64,000 nucleotides of DNA, taken from positions 10,912,001-10,976,000 of the forward strand of contig CM022670.1 of the NCBI GenBank assembly GCA_012295275.1, given 5' to 3'. Under the pieces are notes generated by a model that ran no database searches, had not been told where the DNA came from, and worked only from the letters and a program-made list of their open reading frames with translations. This document shows, piece by piece, positions 12,201 through 43,172 of this stretch; the stretch's first letter is position 1; every line of letters begins with the position of its first letter. The DNA comes from Chrysomallon squamiferum (taxonomy: Eukaryota > Animalia > Mollusca). Position numbers and translations under genes: made by a program.

Positions 12201-14927
12201 TGTTTCACTCCTGATTCCAACTTCTTGTTGTCTTGTTCAGAAGACACAACAGGTGAGATACGTCTTTGTATTGACTTTGTGCCTCAGATGTGGGCTGTTT
12301 TAATGAGAATGGTTGCTTTTTCTAAGTTGATGCTGATGGTTCAGTACAATAATTTGTAAATGTCAGTATCTGATGTAAATAGTTCATGTATTTCATTTTA
12401 ATCAGTGGGACAGCTGAGATAAATCCATGTATATGTGTGTGTGTGTGTGTGTGTGTCTCTCTCTCTCTATACATACACATATACACATACACACTCCTAT
12501 ATATATATAAAATATTCCACTGTTTCTAAACTGAATTATGGGAATTAAATCAAGACTGATATTTTAGCTAACGTAAAGTATATTTGTGATTTCAGTTCGG
12601 CTGTGGAAGATGAGTACTCACACGAATGTAGTTTGTTACAGAGGACACAGCTATCCAGTGTGGGACGTTGATGCTAGGTTTGTTACATATCAGTACCTTT
12701 AAATGAATCATGTGTTTACTAATTTTTAAAATAAAATACATCTGTCTTAGTATAGTATCATTTGTTAGATGTATGTAATATTGCTCATATTTAATGTCAT
12801 TTTTACATGAAACTCTGCCAATTCAATCACCACCTCAAAAGTCATGTTTTGATGAATTCAATATCTTATTTGATTTAAATTATTTGCATGATGTAAAATA
12901 ATCAACTATAAAACTTAACGAATAAAAAAAATCATCATGAAAACTTTTCTTTTTACTGGACTGATTATATATATAAAAGTATATAATGTGATATTTCTGA
13001 AAACCTAAATTTCTAGTGAGCCATCATAAGAAAATGTAAATAATTTGGAAAGTTGATATTTTAAAAATTATGTTTTATTGGTGTTGCTGTCATTAATATT
13101 TTTTTGTATTTAATTAATTAATTTATTTATTTTTATTTATTTTTTTATTTCAGTCTGACTGGTGGTTATTTTGCAAGCTGTTCACAGGACAGAACTGCCA
13201 AGATGTGGTCTACAGAAAGAATTTACCCCCTCCGTTCATTTGTTGGACACACCTATGATGTTGATGTATGTAGTTTTGTAATAATAGTTGTCATATAGAT
13301 GTATTGGTTGCCATTGTTACTTATGATTATTACATGTAATCTATAATCTAATCACTATTTACCACTGGTAAATGTGCCTGCTTAATCACATATTTCTAGA
13401 ACTACATACACTGAAATCTAATTAAATTCATTAGAATATAAATTATTCAGTGAAATGGGGATATTAAGTATAGTGCATCCAAGAATATTGGATTTAAACT
13501 TATGGTCAGGTTTAAAATGATCCTTTAACATAATTCTATAAAATTTAAGAAATGTCATAGATTATCAGTTGCTTGTAATAATAATAATAACAACAACAAC
13601 AGTGATGATTAACAACAATACTAAAAGTAACAAGAACAATAATAGCTGTAATGACTGTATTATTGTTTTAATATTTAAGTGTGTAAGATTCCACCCTAAT
13701 GGAAACTACATTGCTACTGGTTCTGGAGACAAGACAGTCAGACTGTGGTCAGTGCAGGAAGGCAAAACAGTCAGACTACTGCAAGGACACCGAGGATCTG
13801 TCCTAACAGTCGCCTTTTCACCTAATGGGCAACTTCTCGCTTCAGCTGGTATGTAGAAAATACCTAAATTTAATATCTCTTTGCATTGTGTGTAGTTATT
13901 TCCCTTGCTGAGAAGGCTGTCTGTTTCACAACTGCTTACTGTTTCAGATATTAAGAACTTGCTTCCTTCAGTAAAAAAACCTATTTTCTTTTATTGTCAT
14001 GGTTGCGATTCTTTTGTTATACGTTCTGAAATGTATGTTTGTTTCATGGTACAACAAGAGAATGTAAATGTCTTGTCTTTGAGTTATTACTGATCCATAT
14101 GATTGGGAACATTATTGTCAAATACAGTCTTCTTGATAAATATATTATTAAAAATATACATTTCCTTCCGACTGAATGATAACATCCATCTGTTTTTCTA
14201 GATTTTTTGAAAATCAATTTTATGGCTATATAAAATATAACATGATAGGCATGTAATAAAGAAAGCATAAAAGAAAAATGCTAGGGCTGGAATGTGAAAA
14301 CACTGTGAGGATGTTTTGACACTGTGTTTCAGGAGAGGATCGTCGAGTGAGAGTGTGGGATTTGTCGTCGGGAAACATGATAAAGGAGCTGCGAGGACAC
14401 ACAGACACAATCTACGCTCTGAGTTTCAGTGGGGACAGCTCAGTCCTGGCTTCCGGTGGACTTGATTCTTGTATCTGGCTGTGGGACGTCAGAACGGGAA
14501 AAACATCCAGCTTGTCAACGTATGTTATGTATTCACAAAGTTTACAATAATAATAGTAATAATGATTATGATAATAAATAGTGATATAATAATAATGTTT
14601 ATAGCTATTGCAATAATAATAGTAGTAACAATATTAATAACACCAACAGAAATAACCAGAGTGAAACTAATTAACTAAGTAGACAAGGAATAAATAAAAT
14701 GATAGTAAATCAGTTAGCTATATGTACCAGAATGTTTTGAAAATAGTGGAACATTTATTACATTTTGCAAAATTGAAAAGTTCCATTTGTGAAATTTTAT
14801 TTTTGACAGAAGTGATAGTTCCACATCTCGTGAACTACTTGGAGCATATCCAACAAAATCTGCATCTGTGGTTCATCTCCAGTTCAGTAAACACAACGTC
14901 CTCCGAGCTACCGGCACCATTTCTTGA
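8353..14927 (+). CDS. TAF5L: TAF5-like SAGA/PCAF complex subunit (TAF5L/PAF65beta), NTD2 + WD40 repeats, 587 aa, 14 coding exons
   Basis: Exons 8353-8421, 8826-8977, 9246-9364, 9615-9744, 10206-10269, 10561-10615, 10862-11072, 11632-11814, 12140-12252, 12596-12677, 13154-13265, 13680-13848, 14333-14519, 14810-14927; all GT-AG, all phases compatible, total 1764 nt. N-terminus [22 protein letters not shown] resembles the TAF5L-specific start (MKRVRTEQIQ...YLKRRQY); NTD2 motif [14 protein letters not shown]; WD40 repeats [71 protein letters not shown]. Confidence 0.95.
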
Positions 14928-15520
14928 TGTGACAAAACACCAAAACAAAAAGTTTCGGAATCAAATATCAAAAGTGTGTTTGTCTGCGACATTTCCACAC
15001 ATGAAGAATGAACATTACTGGCGGTTTTTGAACAACTTTTGAGTATCAATAGAAGAGAACAAAACCTTCACAGGATGTGAATTATTTGACACAGAAAAAG
15101 TATGTGTGGAAGAGAAAAGACTGTTTCAGAATTATTATGCTTGTGTGTGTGTGTGTATATATATGAATGACTGTGTTTCTCTGTGTATGTGATAACCGAG
15201 AATACCAGGATAACATGCCTGACATTTAGACTTATTTATTCACCTATGGCAGCGGTGTGTGTGTGAGTAAATTATACAGAATTTCTTGTTACATGCAATG
15301 AAAGAAAAAGAAACCAACCCTGCTTGATTCTTTTCAGCCAGTTTCAGTGTACATGATGAAACAGGTTTGTTAGAGTGTTGTTTTAGCTGATACTGACAAT
15401 AAGGCAGTTTGCTGCATGAGCAGATTGTCGATTGGTTCTCATTTACAAAAACTGAATGATTGACCATTGATTTCTTTTGTTGCATCTACTTACTGATCAG
15501 GTATAAATGGTTCCTTTCTT

Positions 15521-15948
15521 ACAATCAGGTTACATTCTGGATGAAACTAGGAATGGAAATTACTCAGAATCAACTGTACAGATAGTTTTGTACTCACAAT
15601 CAGGTTACATTCTGGATGAAACTAGGAATGGAAATTACTCAGAATCAACTGTACAGATAGTTTTGTACTCACAATCAGGTTACATTCTGGATGAAACTAG
15701 GAATGGAAATTACTCAGAATCAACTTTACAGATAGTTTTGTACTCACAATCAGGTTACATTCTGGATGAAACTAGGAATGGAAATTACTCGGAATCAACT
15801 TTACAGATAGTTTCGTACTCACACAATCAGGTTACATTCTTGGCATATCTAAGAATGGAAATTGCTCAGAATATACTGTATAGATAGTTTCATACTCACA
15901 ATCAGGTTACATTCTAGACACAACTAGGAATGGACTTTACTCAGAAGT
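15521..15948 (+). repeat. 75-bp tandem minisatellite, ~5.7 copies, downstream of TAF5L stop
   Basis: Unit ACAATCAGGTTACATTCTGGATGAAACTAGGAATGGAAATTACTCAGAATCAACTGTACAGATAGTTTTGTACTC starts at 15521, 15596, 15671, 15746, then diverged copies at ~15823 and ~15898. Confidence 0.95.
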
Positions 15949-16133
15949 TACTTAAGTTTTCTGTTTTTGATACATTGTTCAGTTTGCTGTTTCCCTTGAA
16001 GTGTAGCACTTTGCTGCCAGACAGCAGAAAATACATAACGAAAGTTTTTAATTTATCATTTGTGTCTTTCTGTTTTATGTCACAGATGGGGAAACATAAA
16101 AAAAGACCGTAAGTTAGAAATTAGCTGTATATC

Positions 16134-16139
16134 AATAAA
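16134..16139 (+). terminator. Candidate TAF5L polyadenylation signal AATAAA
   Basis: AATAAA ~1.2 kb after the stop, followed by T-rich sequence; another AATAAA lies near 16296. The hexamer is common in this AT-rich DNA. Confidence 0.35.
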
Positions 16140-19100
16140 AAATACTTTGGGAAATCGAAAGTGTTATTTTAAAATTTATCAAATAACATATTAGATCAAT
16201 GATAGTTTAGTAAGGACATTTTAATACTTATATAAAAATGATTTTTTTATTTTTGCTACAATTTTCATGTGAACTGTGCTTGTCCAGTAGACGAGAATAA
16301 ATTGTAAAAAACGTGTACAAATTTACAGTATTTTCTTTTGTTTTTATTTACAAAAAAAATCAGTTGTGTGAAGTTGTATGATATAATGAATGTAAAACAT
16401 TTCTAAAAACAAACGATACCCCGTTCTTTCTTTTTCATACTGAAGTGACAGGATCGAATGAAGAAGATACATTGTACATAGGTACTGAGTTTTCAGGAAC
16501 TTAACATTTTTTTATTAACAAATGCTTTTTGTTTTAAACGTATTTTTTTTTATAGATAATTAAAAATAAATTTAAAATAATTTATTTTAACGTACGTAGA
16601 AATCCATATCGATTGAAACCCTGCTTGAAAAGCTGTTTAGATACAATTCCCATTTGGTAGATTCCCAGTTCGTAGAAAAACCTGGTTTACCGCAATACCT
16701 GATTACTTCTGTATATAATGAACTTGGCCTGTGCATACATCCGGTTTCTTTCTAACATTCAGAGGGGGAGCGCATTGTTCCTAAATCGATTATGTAACAT
16801 CAACCGAAAGCAGAATAAGCATTCACAACTCATTTGTTGTTGATTTGTTACTTTTTCATTATTTCATCATCTTCCTCCTTCTCATTATCATCATCAACAT
16901 TATTATTATTATTATAATATTATTACTATTATTATTGTTGTTATTATTATTATTATTGTTATTCTTCTTATTCTTCTTATTATAATTACTGTTACTATTA
17001 TTATTATTATTATTATTATTATTTTTTTTTTTTAAACTGGTCATTTCTAATTCATAAACATTTCATTACCGTTACAAAACAAGCAATCAATAATAAACAA
17101 TTTTGCATCAATTTCATCTATCTATTAAAATACAAAACGAAAAAAGAATGAAAGAAAAGAAAAATGGCTTGCTTCTGTAAGAGAATACGACAAAAATATT
17201 ATAAATAACTAATTCAGCAAATATAATTTTTAACAAAACATATTTTACATATGAGTAATTTACTTATATTCAGTAAATAGAGTATTTGAACGTTACATTT
17301 ATCATTAACTTTTCGAATTCAACCGTATTCAGCTTAAACATGTACAAGATATCTGTTACTGATCATATTTACATTATGCACACATACATATTCAGATTGT
17401 GCACATATTATACAATATATGTGACATAGTATATTAATAGTATGTACACTAAAGATATTATGACCTGCAAATACTTTGGCTATGACTGAAAAAGTTTATA
17501 CGAAGGACCAAATCATTGGGAATACTTTTAGATAAATACCTTCTTTTTTAATTATTTACATTCACTATATTCGATACATAGATTATTTCGATATTTGTCA
17601 TATTTGCATACTTTATGCGATAAGCAATATCCATACTACAATAATACCTCAGATTAAAGATGTAATTGGTTCCAAAACTTCCAATAATTAAGTGAGGTAA
17701 GCGTGAGACTAATTTACATAGAATTAAGGTTAAAAGCAGTGGTTACTTTCTCGCCGATGAGATCTGACATAAAAAAAAAAGGTGAAATAAGGAGAAATAA
17801 AACGGCAGTTTAGACATAAATGATTTAATAGATTGTAGATATTAAATAAACAGTAAATCATTTACAAATCAATTTATACAAATACATTAAGAAATAAGTA
17901 TATGCCGCTCACTGTGGGTTTTGGTTTCATTTAAGATAATGTATTTTGTTTCTAAAGTTATTATCTTCCGTTTCTTTTATCATCAGCATTTGCTGGTATA
18001 CCGTTATTCGTTTTGACATATTGGAAGGATAAATTACAAACAAGTTTAAGTCTAAATCAATTAGTTATATATATAAGTGTTGTGATGCGTTCAAATCGTT
18101 CTGACAATAGTTACTACTGTATTGGTTAACTGTAGTTGACACTGTATGTATGAGTTGCACTTCCTGTCGCCATGATCACGCATGCATTCGATAATACGCG
18201 GATAATAATCTTTTGGGAAATAGAGATATTACTCCCTCTACCAGCTTTCTGTTTTCATCAAAACGAACACGAACCAGTATCATAATGTTAATGATCCAAA
18301 ACAAACACGCAAGAGCTCTATAAAAGAATAATAAAATCAAAGACAATTCAAAATTTTACTTAAAATTTGCGTCTTTATTACGATGTTTATTATTCAACAG
18401 TCAGTAATAATTAATAATATATTGTTTGTGAATCATTTATTTGATTGTTACTTATTATAAGTCCTTTACAGGGAATACGAATTTATGAGTCAATATCTAA
18501 AAACGTTTCAGTTAATAAATATTTAATTTCTGTTCCGTGAATAATCTCGTGTGTATATATTGATTTATTTGATTATTTATCTTTTTTTTTCTTCTGTTCT
18601 TCTTCTTCTTCTTTTTTTTTTTCTTTTTTTTTAAAGTTATATGTGATAATAATAATAATAGATTGAGGAACATGCCTTTTTTCAAAACTATATATAAAGT
18701 TATTCCTAGTTTTAAAATATTTATTATAAAACATACAACAGGCTTATAAGAAGGATAGAGACGTTCTTCTGCATTAGCTCCAAGTGTTACACACATACGC
18801 ACGCACACACACACACACAAGTTATCACGTGTTATTATTATTTTTGATTAACATGCTTGTTCATGCTGACAAATTTAAGAAAATGTCCATTTCAGCCAGA
18901 TACTTGCATTAGAGGTTTCCAGATTATTTTTTATTTTAAAAGGTCGAAACTCTTTAAGATGTCAACTATAAACGATTTATGGTTTCGGAATAATGTAAAT
19001 ATTTTTTAACTTGCATTCTCAAGTTGATATATGAGCAAGCCATGTAAATTCAGTCCTAGAAAATCAAACGAACAAACTGAACACATAAGTATCTCGTGAA

Positions 19101-22100
19101 TTAAAACTAAATTTGATATATTATTTTGTCATTTTGTAAATAACATGGTTGAGATCATTTATAATTTGTCTTTCCAGTTTTGGTAGGAGGAAATAAATAA
19201 AAAATTAAATAAAATGAACGAAAATATCAGTTCTTCATCTAATATTAGCCTCAGTGGTATTCTGTATTTTCAAACCAAGTTTTATAATTTCGTTATATTA
19301 TGTCATTATCTCAGTCCCATTCACAGAAATGAAGATAGTCAAAACGGTAATGAAAACTTGTTTCATAATTATTCAAGGCAGCAGGACACGTGTTCAATCC
19401 GGCATTTTTCAAATAGTAACAGTATGTTAAGATAAACTAATAACTCTTAAAATAAAGATAATATGAATTTGCTATTAGTGAAAACAAGCCAGTATCTCAG
19501 TTTTGTTTTGTTTCGTAAAGAAAAGGGACATATGTACATTATTATTTTGTCGGAAAGCAACAAATAAGACCCTGTTCAATATAAAACACATTACTATTTT
19601 TTTTTTTTTTTTATTTTATTTATTTATTTTATTTTTTTTGTTTGTTATAGTTAGACAGCTGTGGCGCACAGCTGTTCAAATTATATTATTAAATTGATTA
19701 AACTCTTGTGTTATGTTATTACTGAACTGTGAAATTCAGAAAAAAAACAAACAAATTTATTGTCGTTTAAAAGTATGAGTGTTTGTAATGAATGGAGTTG
19801 TTTTCGCCTAATAAATAACATATGATGTCACAACGAAAACCTGTCCTACCATCACTTGCTCATTTGTTTGATGCAAGTCACATATCTTGATCATATCAAC
19901 AGACGTAGTGTAAAATGTTAGACAGATGGGAATATCATTCTGTAACAAATGTAACTGGGGACCACAATTGCATTACATTAGATTATTAACTTTATCTAAT
20001 AGCTACGTTACGGTAATTGCAAGCGAAACTCAGATGGTGAACACGTTGGTAATTTGCTCGAGGGAAATGGTCTGAAGTTAGGTTCTAACGTGATTACAAG
20101 TTACGCATACATTTACAACTTTAACTCCAGCTGCGCTTCCAAAACTGTTGTTTTTAAGTATCCATTTTGGGACTCTGCTGCACGAGTTTAATACCTTTTG
20201 ATAAAGTGTATTATTAGCACACCCAAGTTTAATCATTCGAATCTATGTTTCTTTTATTGTAATGTGATTAAATGCACGAAGGGAGGCTAACTGGTGGGAG
20301 TCATAAAAAGTTCTAAATATTTGAAAGTTCTTAGGAGGATTTGGATACAAATTCTAACGTTGAAAAATTACGATGTCTTAAGAATTGTGTTTGGCAGTCT
20401 TTCAATAATGTGGATTCTGTCTTGGATTATACAAATACAAAAATTAATTTAATAAATTTAATGTAATCGCTTCACGGTAAAGGTTCACAATAGACTTTCT
20501 GATACGGTTGCTTCCTAACCATATCGGATTATCCTTTTTAAAAGATCATTTCTAGGGACAGAGTAATAATTCCACAATAATGCAATTCTAAGACATTTTT
20601 GGATCTGATAGATTCCATTACGTGACTTTATCATAAAGAATTCAAGCGATTTTCGAATGTAAAAATTATAACTATAGCCAGACATGACAACTGCTGCTGT
20701 CTGACGTCATGTTGATATGTCCTCAAGGGCATAGTTATAACATCAACAAAAAAAAAAATAATAATAAAATAAAATAAAATAACAACAACAACTATAAAAG
20801 ACAACCTTACAAATTATAAAAAAAGAGAAAATAGAAAAAAGCCTTTTGTTGAAATAAGTTAAAAGAATCTGTCTTTTACATCTCGCGACTTTTTTCCAAT
20901 CAGCAATAACAAAAGGGAAAATCGTTTTCTTTCTCCTTTTTGTTTTGCCACATTTCACCGGAAATAGACATTGGTTGCCTCCAAACAATAAAATAAAATA
21001 AAATAAATAAAAGAGTCACGCATTGTACATTTTTCATTTACTTAACACGGTAAGTCGTCAAAACTGGATTCAAAAGAATTTAAAAAATAATATTTGTATT
21101 TCTTTTATTTTTTTATTTTATTTTTATCTATCTATTTGTTTTTCCTTTTTTTTTTATTTATTATTATTATTATTTTTTTTTAAATTTATTTATTTTTTTA
21201 TTTTTACAAAAGAATATTTCTATAAATAAAAAAAATGAAAACTTTCTAAATATTTTAAAAGTATTTATTGTATTATTAAAACATATAAATGTTGTTTTAA
21301 AAACTGCAATCTCCTGTTTCTCACTCGCTCATTTGACCGCGTTTAGCACTCTATGTTTACACTTGACATAATTCCTCCTCCACAGACAGCTCTCAGGAAT
21401 TGCAGTGTTAAACACAACTTCAGACCAAATATTTACAAAACTATCAGCAGTATGATTGTAAGGAAAGAAGAGAGAGCAAATTTTGTATTATTCAAAACTC
21501 TCTATAAAAATGACAGTTATTATGAAAACTTAGTTTTGTGTAGAAATGATTCTTAATAATACATTATTTGTCATGATGCCAGATATAATCAGGAAAATTA
21601 GTGCGTCGTTTAGAAACATATCAAATGGTAAAAATGTGTAGAACAAATGTGGAGTCAGAATGCTGTTGCAGAATCCTGGTTAACAATGTTTGATATTTCG
21701 ATCCTAACACAATTTGCAAAACTGACATAATCATTTTTAACCACAATCCGTTCCTTAAATTCTATTGAAATCAAATTCTGTTAAGAGTAATTCAATACTT
21801 TACACTTGTTTCCGATCCCATTTACGTTCTGTAGCTATCTAAATACATCTGTTTAAAATGATATATGGTATGAAATTTCAAGACATTATTATTATTTTTT
21901 TTTTTTTTACATATATACATAGTATAAAATTATGTGCTATGAATAGAGAAGGCGACAATGAATGCAATAATTTTAGCTATGCTAAGTAAAAAATTCTACA
22001 AAATGAAATTAGTATATATTATTAAATCGTTAGTTTTATAATAAAGTATAAATACTAAAAAGATTGATAAAAATAATCATAAAAATAGCCTGAATCTAAC

Positions 22101-22788
22101 AGGCCCACGAAAAGATGAAATCCCAGAATGACTATCTTTAACAGTATTAGTCAAAAAAATTAACATTTCCCATCTGTACAGAGAATTAGTGACAAAACAA
22201 CTAAGTTCATCTCAGTGCGCTATAAACTTTAAATATTTTACTTTAAGGTGACACAGCAGTGCTTGATTATGATAATTCAGAACACCATATTTAAAAAAGA
22301 AGGAGAAAAAAAGATAGAGAAAAATATATATGTATATTCTGTCTCTGAAGACATAATAAAATAACTGTAATTTCAGAAACGGAACGCAGTATTTTGCCAG
22401 TTCATTTGATCCTCCGACTGTTACTACTACACACACTGATAATCCGTCTGGTATCAGTCTAGTCATTTTATTCTATTTTCTCATTTTGAATCTTACAACA
22501 ATGAGTTCCCAGTCAGTTATGGTGTTCTGCCTTTGAGTTATTGGCGATACCGCTCATTTTAACAATAAAAGAACAGCATGGCGGTAAATTACAATGCACT
22601 GCAAATACTTGAGAGAGAGAAAAAAAAAAGATAATTGGTTTGTCTTCCTTTTCCGTTATACGAATAAATAGGCGACTGACACAAAACACAGCATTTATTA
22701 TCCCTTGATGATAATAATCTGATTAATTCGTTTTCTGTGTCAGCTGGTCACCGAGAAATAAAAAGCAGCTCGTTTAAGACAAGTGTTT

Positions 22789-38698
<15,910 letters not shown>

Positions 38699-39943
38699 TT
38701 CTTTACTGAACAGATTTAGCTTTAAAAAAAGAAAAACAACAAAATGTATTTCTCACAAATTACTTGTATCACACTATATAACCCTATTAGTAAATTAAAA
38801 AGATAATGGATAAAAGATTTTTTTTTAAAATGTGTCGTTGCCTGCAATTTTGGATGTAAAGAAGAAAGCGAAAAAAGAAAAGAAGAAATAATTTTTGAAT
38901 TATCTTGATTTAAACATAATTTCAATTTATTTTCTTTAAGATACAAAAGAAAACAACAATTTAAAGTACATTTTTTCTCGAATTATAGCTACATTTGTTT
39001 TTAACACCAATACTTCTACATATTTATACAAAAGTAAATAAAGTCGTAGCCCTTGAAAATGTATTATAACTAATCAGTGATGACAGTCACCAGGAGAGAT
39101 CGTAACACACGACACAGAGTCTACTGGAAGTTAATTCTTAAAATTGAGGAACTGGGATACGTCGAGCTTCTCAAATTTACTATTATTCAGTTAACGAAAA
39201 CAGAGTTTGAAAATGAGCAGTCAGATAAAAACGAGGAATAATTATGTCAGGTCAAGTGTTAAATCGGTAACTGGGGTGGAAACAATTAATGATTACTTCT
39301 GTAATTTAGAAAAGCGAAATTAATGTAGCTGAAAGAAGAGAGTAAAGAAGATTCTCTAGTTACAACAAAAAGATGCATTACCGAAGACATCAGAAAGCTT
39401 TTATTTCTTAACGAAAAATAAATTTAAATGTGTTAGGTTTTTAAATGTTTAAACAAATTACTAAACAGCAGATTAATGATACGGAAAATACACTAACGTA
39501 TGCCGAGCTAATAAATGTTTTTAAATTAATAAAATAAAATAAAATAAAATAATAAATAAATATAAAAAATTCAAATGCTGACCATCTTTCTGCTCAAAGT
39601 TAAACTTTTCCTCGAATTCTTAAGTATGAATTTAGTGAGTTATCTGTAATAAAAAGCAAAGGATCCAAATAAATGTATTTCAAAACGAAATTGTTTGTCT
39701 ACATTTGTACATATAAAATGCAGTTTATAAATTTGCCTTTGTGCCTGTCAATACTTCAGAAAGGCGAAACGAAACTTCAAAATAATTTTATTTATCCACA
39801 AGTTGAAATCATTGCCGACAGATGCTTAAAAAAAAATATAAATATATTTCATAAACCCTTTAGTAACGAATTTAAAATGAGATCCATACAGACATACATA
39901 CATACATACACACTTACACACAGCCAAGTTGATACAGACTTAC

Positions 39944-40130
39944 CTTCGACATGCTGACACAACACGTGCAAGGTGCTTGCAGTTTCTCGCAGCATGTGAC
40001 GAAACCAATGGAGTAACGTGTTTTACGGAGCTCACTTCACCAAACTGTCGGCTAATCGCTGACGTTGTCTCAAGCCGCTGGAGTCCCCGGGGAATCACTT
40101 CACTCGAAATGAACAATCAATAATGCTAAT
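39944..40130 (-). other. Probable upstream (5' UTR / alternative start) exon of the channel gene
   Basis: Perfect AG|GTAAGT donor at 39944/39943, CpG-rich island, matching acceptor at 38720 (exon 38719-38634). ATG at 39952 splices in frame (MSK|LNLFSKE-MMKRLL). The 5' boundary is approximate. Confidence 0.6.
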
Positions 40131-42612
40131 TTGTATTCACTCAGAAGGTGCCTTATCTGAAAAGTGATCTCGTTTCGATACCGGGGCCCCTCACACTTTC
40201 GATTATTTACGATGGTGCAAGAAAGTTATTCACAGTTTTCACAAACACATCTTTTTGAGAGATTCAAACTTCTGTAAAACACGAGAAACGACAATAAAAA
40301 CGTCTTGAAATGTCCCCCACCGACAGCCAAGTGGAAACAATTATTGACCTCGCTCGCATTATAATTGTTATTAATATAAACCCTGAAACTAACGTGGGAA
40401 CTCATCTGGCAAACCTTTTTTCTTCACTATCACAGTCAAACTGCATGGTAGTTACTTGAATTAGGTTAAATAGCACTATGGGGCAAGAGAAAAACAGCTA
40501 TTTTATGAAATATTACATTATAACTACACGAACTAACCATAACAAGACTTCTGTGTACTTTTCTGATTATATCTGTTAAAGAGTCCTGTACCAATAAATT
40601 ACTGGCTATCTTAATGAAAACGAAGTTGTTTGGTAATTAAGATGACATTGGTAAGTGCTGAATTTTCCAAATGATAGTTTCACCATGGTAATTAGAAATT
40701 TACACGAAACATAATTCTGTATTTTTGCTTATGAATTACGTTGTTCGTAAAATATTTCTTAAAATAGTTTGTTTTTCAGATTTCACTAACTTGAAATATA
40801 ATATTTAATTATTTTATTGTCATTATTGTAGTAACAATGTCGTATTTTCTTTTCATTACCAATATACCTTTACACCGGTATCCGGTAGGTGATTTTATTT
40901 ATTTATTTATTTAATATTTTACTTTTTTCCTATTTCTGTTTTACACATCTTGATTTCATTTCTTTAAAGTTATCTTAGCTTTTTCGTTTTTAAGTGTATC
41001 ACTGGAATGGTATTACAGCGTAATTTTACATTTCTCCTTTTCCAATACTTAGCAGACACGGCTCCTGATTAACCTAATATTAAAGGTACTAACGTTGCGA
41101 GCCTCTTATTTTCGAATTGCCCGCACTAAACACTTGTTTGTGCAAACTGTCCGGCAAAACTGATACCTCACGATCTGGTAATGTTGTTGTTTACCACGTC
41201 AAGGGAGCTGCATCTTGAATTATTTCTAATGTCAGGTAACTTTATATCAAGCTCGTTGAACCTCCTCGGGTATCTTGTTCCAATCCGTGGTCTGTTAGCT
41301 TACTGGATTTATTTTTGTAATCGAGCGCCTTGGGTACGAGCTGTCGCAACGTTCTCTAAGCAATGTACTTGTGATTGTGTGTTTTGTGTATTTACTAAGC
41401 ACGTAAATATTTTACGTTGCCCAGGCCGTTAGGGATGATGGATGATTCCGTGTAAGCCTTAGAGCATGCAAGGATTTGATAAAATAATTATCGTTGGAAT
41501 GGTGTTTATTCATCATTAAGTTCTCGTGATATATATATAAAATTTTAATTTGGTGTATCAAAATACCAGTTCCAATACATCACAAACAAATTAGTTCAGT
41601 TCTTTTTTATTTTTGTTTATTTATATATATATTATTTGTGATTACTCCGGTCCTGAGTACATCATTAATTTTCTAGATATTGTAAATCAGAAACATCAAA
41701 GTTACGAATCCTTAATGTTCAAATATTTGTGTGTATTATGTTTTAACTGTATAAGAATTGTGACTAACGGTTAAATCTTCATGTAGAAGTTAATATAAAC
41801 TTTCCTTGCTGCTCAGTTTGAATTCTTTTATATTTGTTTGGGTTTTTTATCTACGACTTCATGAATTTTTTATAAACACAGTTCTTCCTTCCTTCCTTCC
41901 TTCCTTCCTTCCTTCCTTCCATTATTTATCTGAAGAGTCTAGCACTGCTGTATATGCAAACAATTCCCCAGCTTAGCAATTGTATCATTTACAAATTTCT
42001 TGATGCAAGTATTCCCAGAAATCACATTTGAAATGTGGTGTGATAAATCACTATAATTATGTTACTTAATTATGACATAGCACGAAAATGATAACAATAA
42101 ACATTTTTAATCAACGGTTCTCTCAAGAAAGCGACATTCGCGAGAAAAGCTGTTTCAGTTCTCTAGTGATTCGTTCATTGATTGCTGTAACTACTTTGGA
42201 AGATATTCAATAGCAAACGATTCATGACTTTGCCACATCGAACAAAATTAGTGCGCTAATGAAAATTAATGTAACGAGATTATGTGAGGTCTGAATTACG
42301 TATGCATTGAAGAATGTGTACTTCTTCGGTGTAGAAATGCAAATTCGCTGCCTAATATAGTTACAGTGTCAGTGATTAACATTTCTCCTGTCGTTTTCAT
42401 TTTGATATGGACATTAAGTATAACTCGGCGAATATTAGTATCACCAACCACACACACATACATACACAGAGACACAGTTATAGACACCCATATACCCATT
42501 CATCTAAAGAAATGGCACACAATTTCCTAATAGTGTGAACGAAAATAAAAGACAGTTTGTTCTCGCTTGAAAATGTAAATACAGGAACAAATGTCATTTT
42601 ATAACTACAATA

Positions 42613-42645
<33 letters not shown>

Positions 42646-43172
42646 ATTATACAAATAAACAAAAGTACCAAGAAAAAAAAAAAAAAAATTATACAAATAA
42701 ACAAAAGTACCAAGAAAAAAAGAAGAAGAAGAATAAAATAAAATAAAAGGGTTGCGAGAGAGAAAACTAATCAGTTTTAAAATTCTTGACATTACTGCGG
42801 ATTTTGCACCTATTTTATCACTTCATACTCTGAATGGTTGTTACGCCTTATTATATATTTAACCTTGTCACAAGCCGAGTGACTGCAATCAGTTACTGTC
42901 CGTGTCTATGATTTAGTTTTTTTGATTATAAAATTAACCGATACTTCTTGTTGTAAAAAATATCACCGACTCTGATATTTATCTTGTTCAAGTAACATCC
43001 ATCCTAATGGCTGCTCGCATGGGTCTGTTGACAAGGCCTTCCTCTGGGCAAATATGTCAGAATCAGAATCTTGTACAAATGACGTGCATTTGCAATCGTT
43101 TAATAGGTTATTATCTGCAGTGTCAAATTTTGCCTTAATCCATTTTCTGTTGATGTCTTGTAGTTTCTTATA

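Noticed and set aside
15521-15948. 75-bp repeats as a CRISPR-like array
   Set aside because: Head-to-tail units with no unique spacers, no cas genes, eukaryotic context.
41090-41470. GC-richer block as a Tc1 transposase remnant (WNKIP on minus strand)
   Set aside because: Motif spacing inconsistent, multiple stops, no TIRs found.
42646-42720. Short duplication ATTATACAAATAAACAAAAGTACCAAG between poly-A runs
   Set aside because: Ordinary slippage product; no functional signal.
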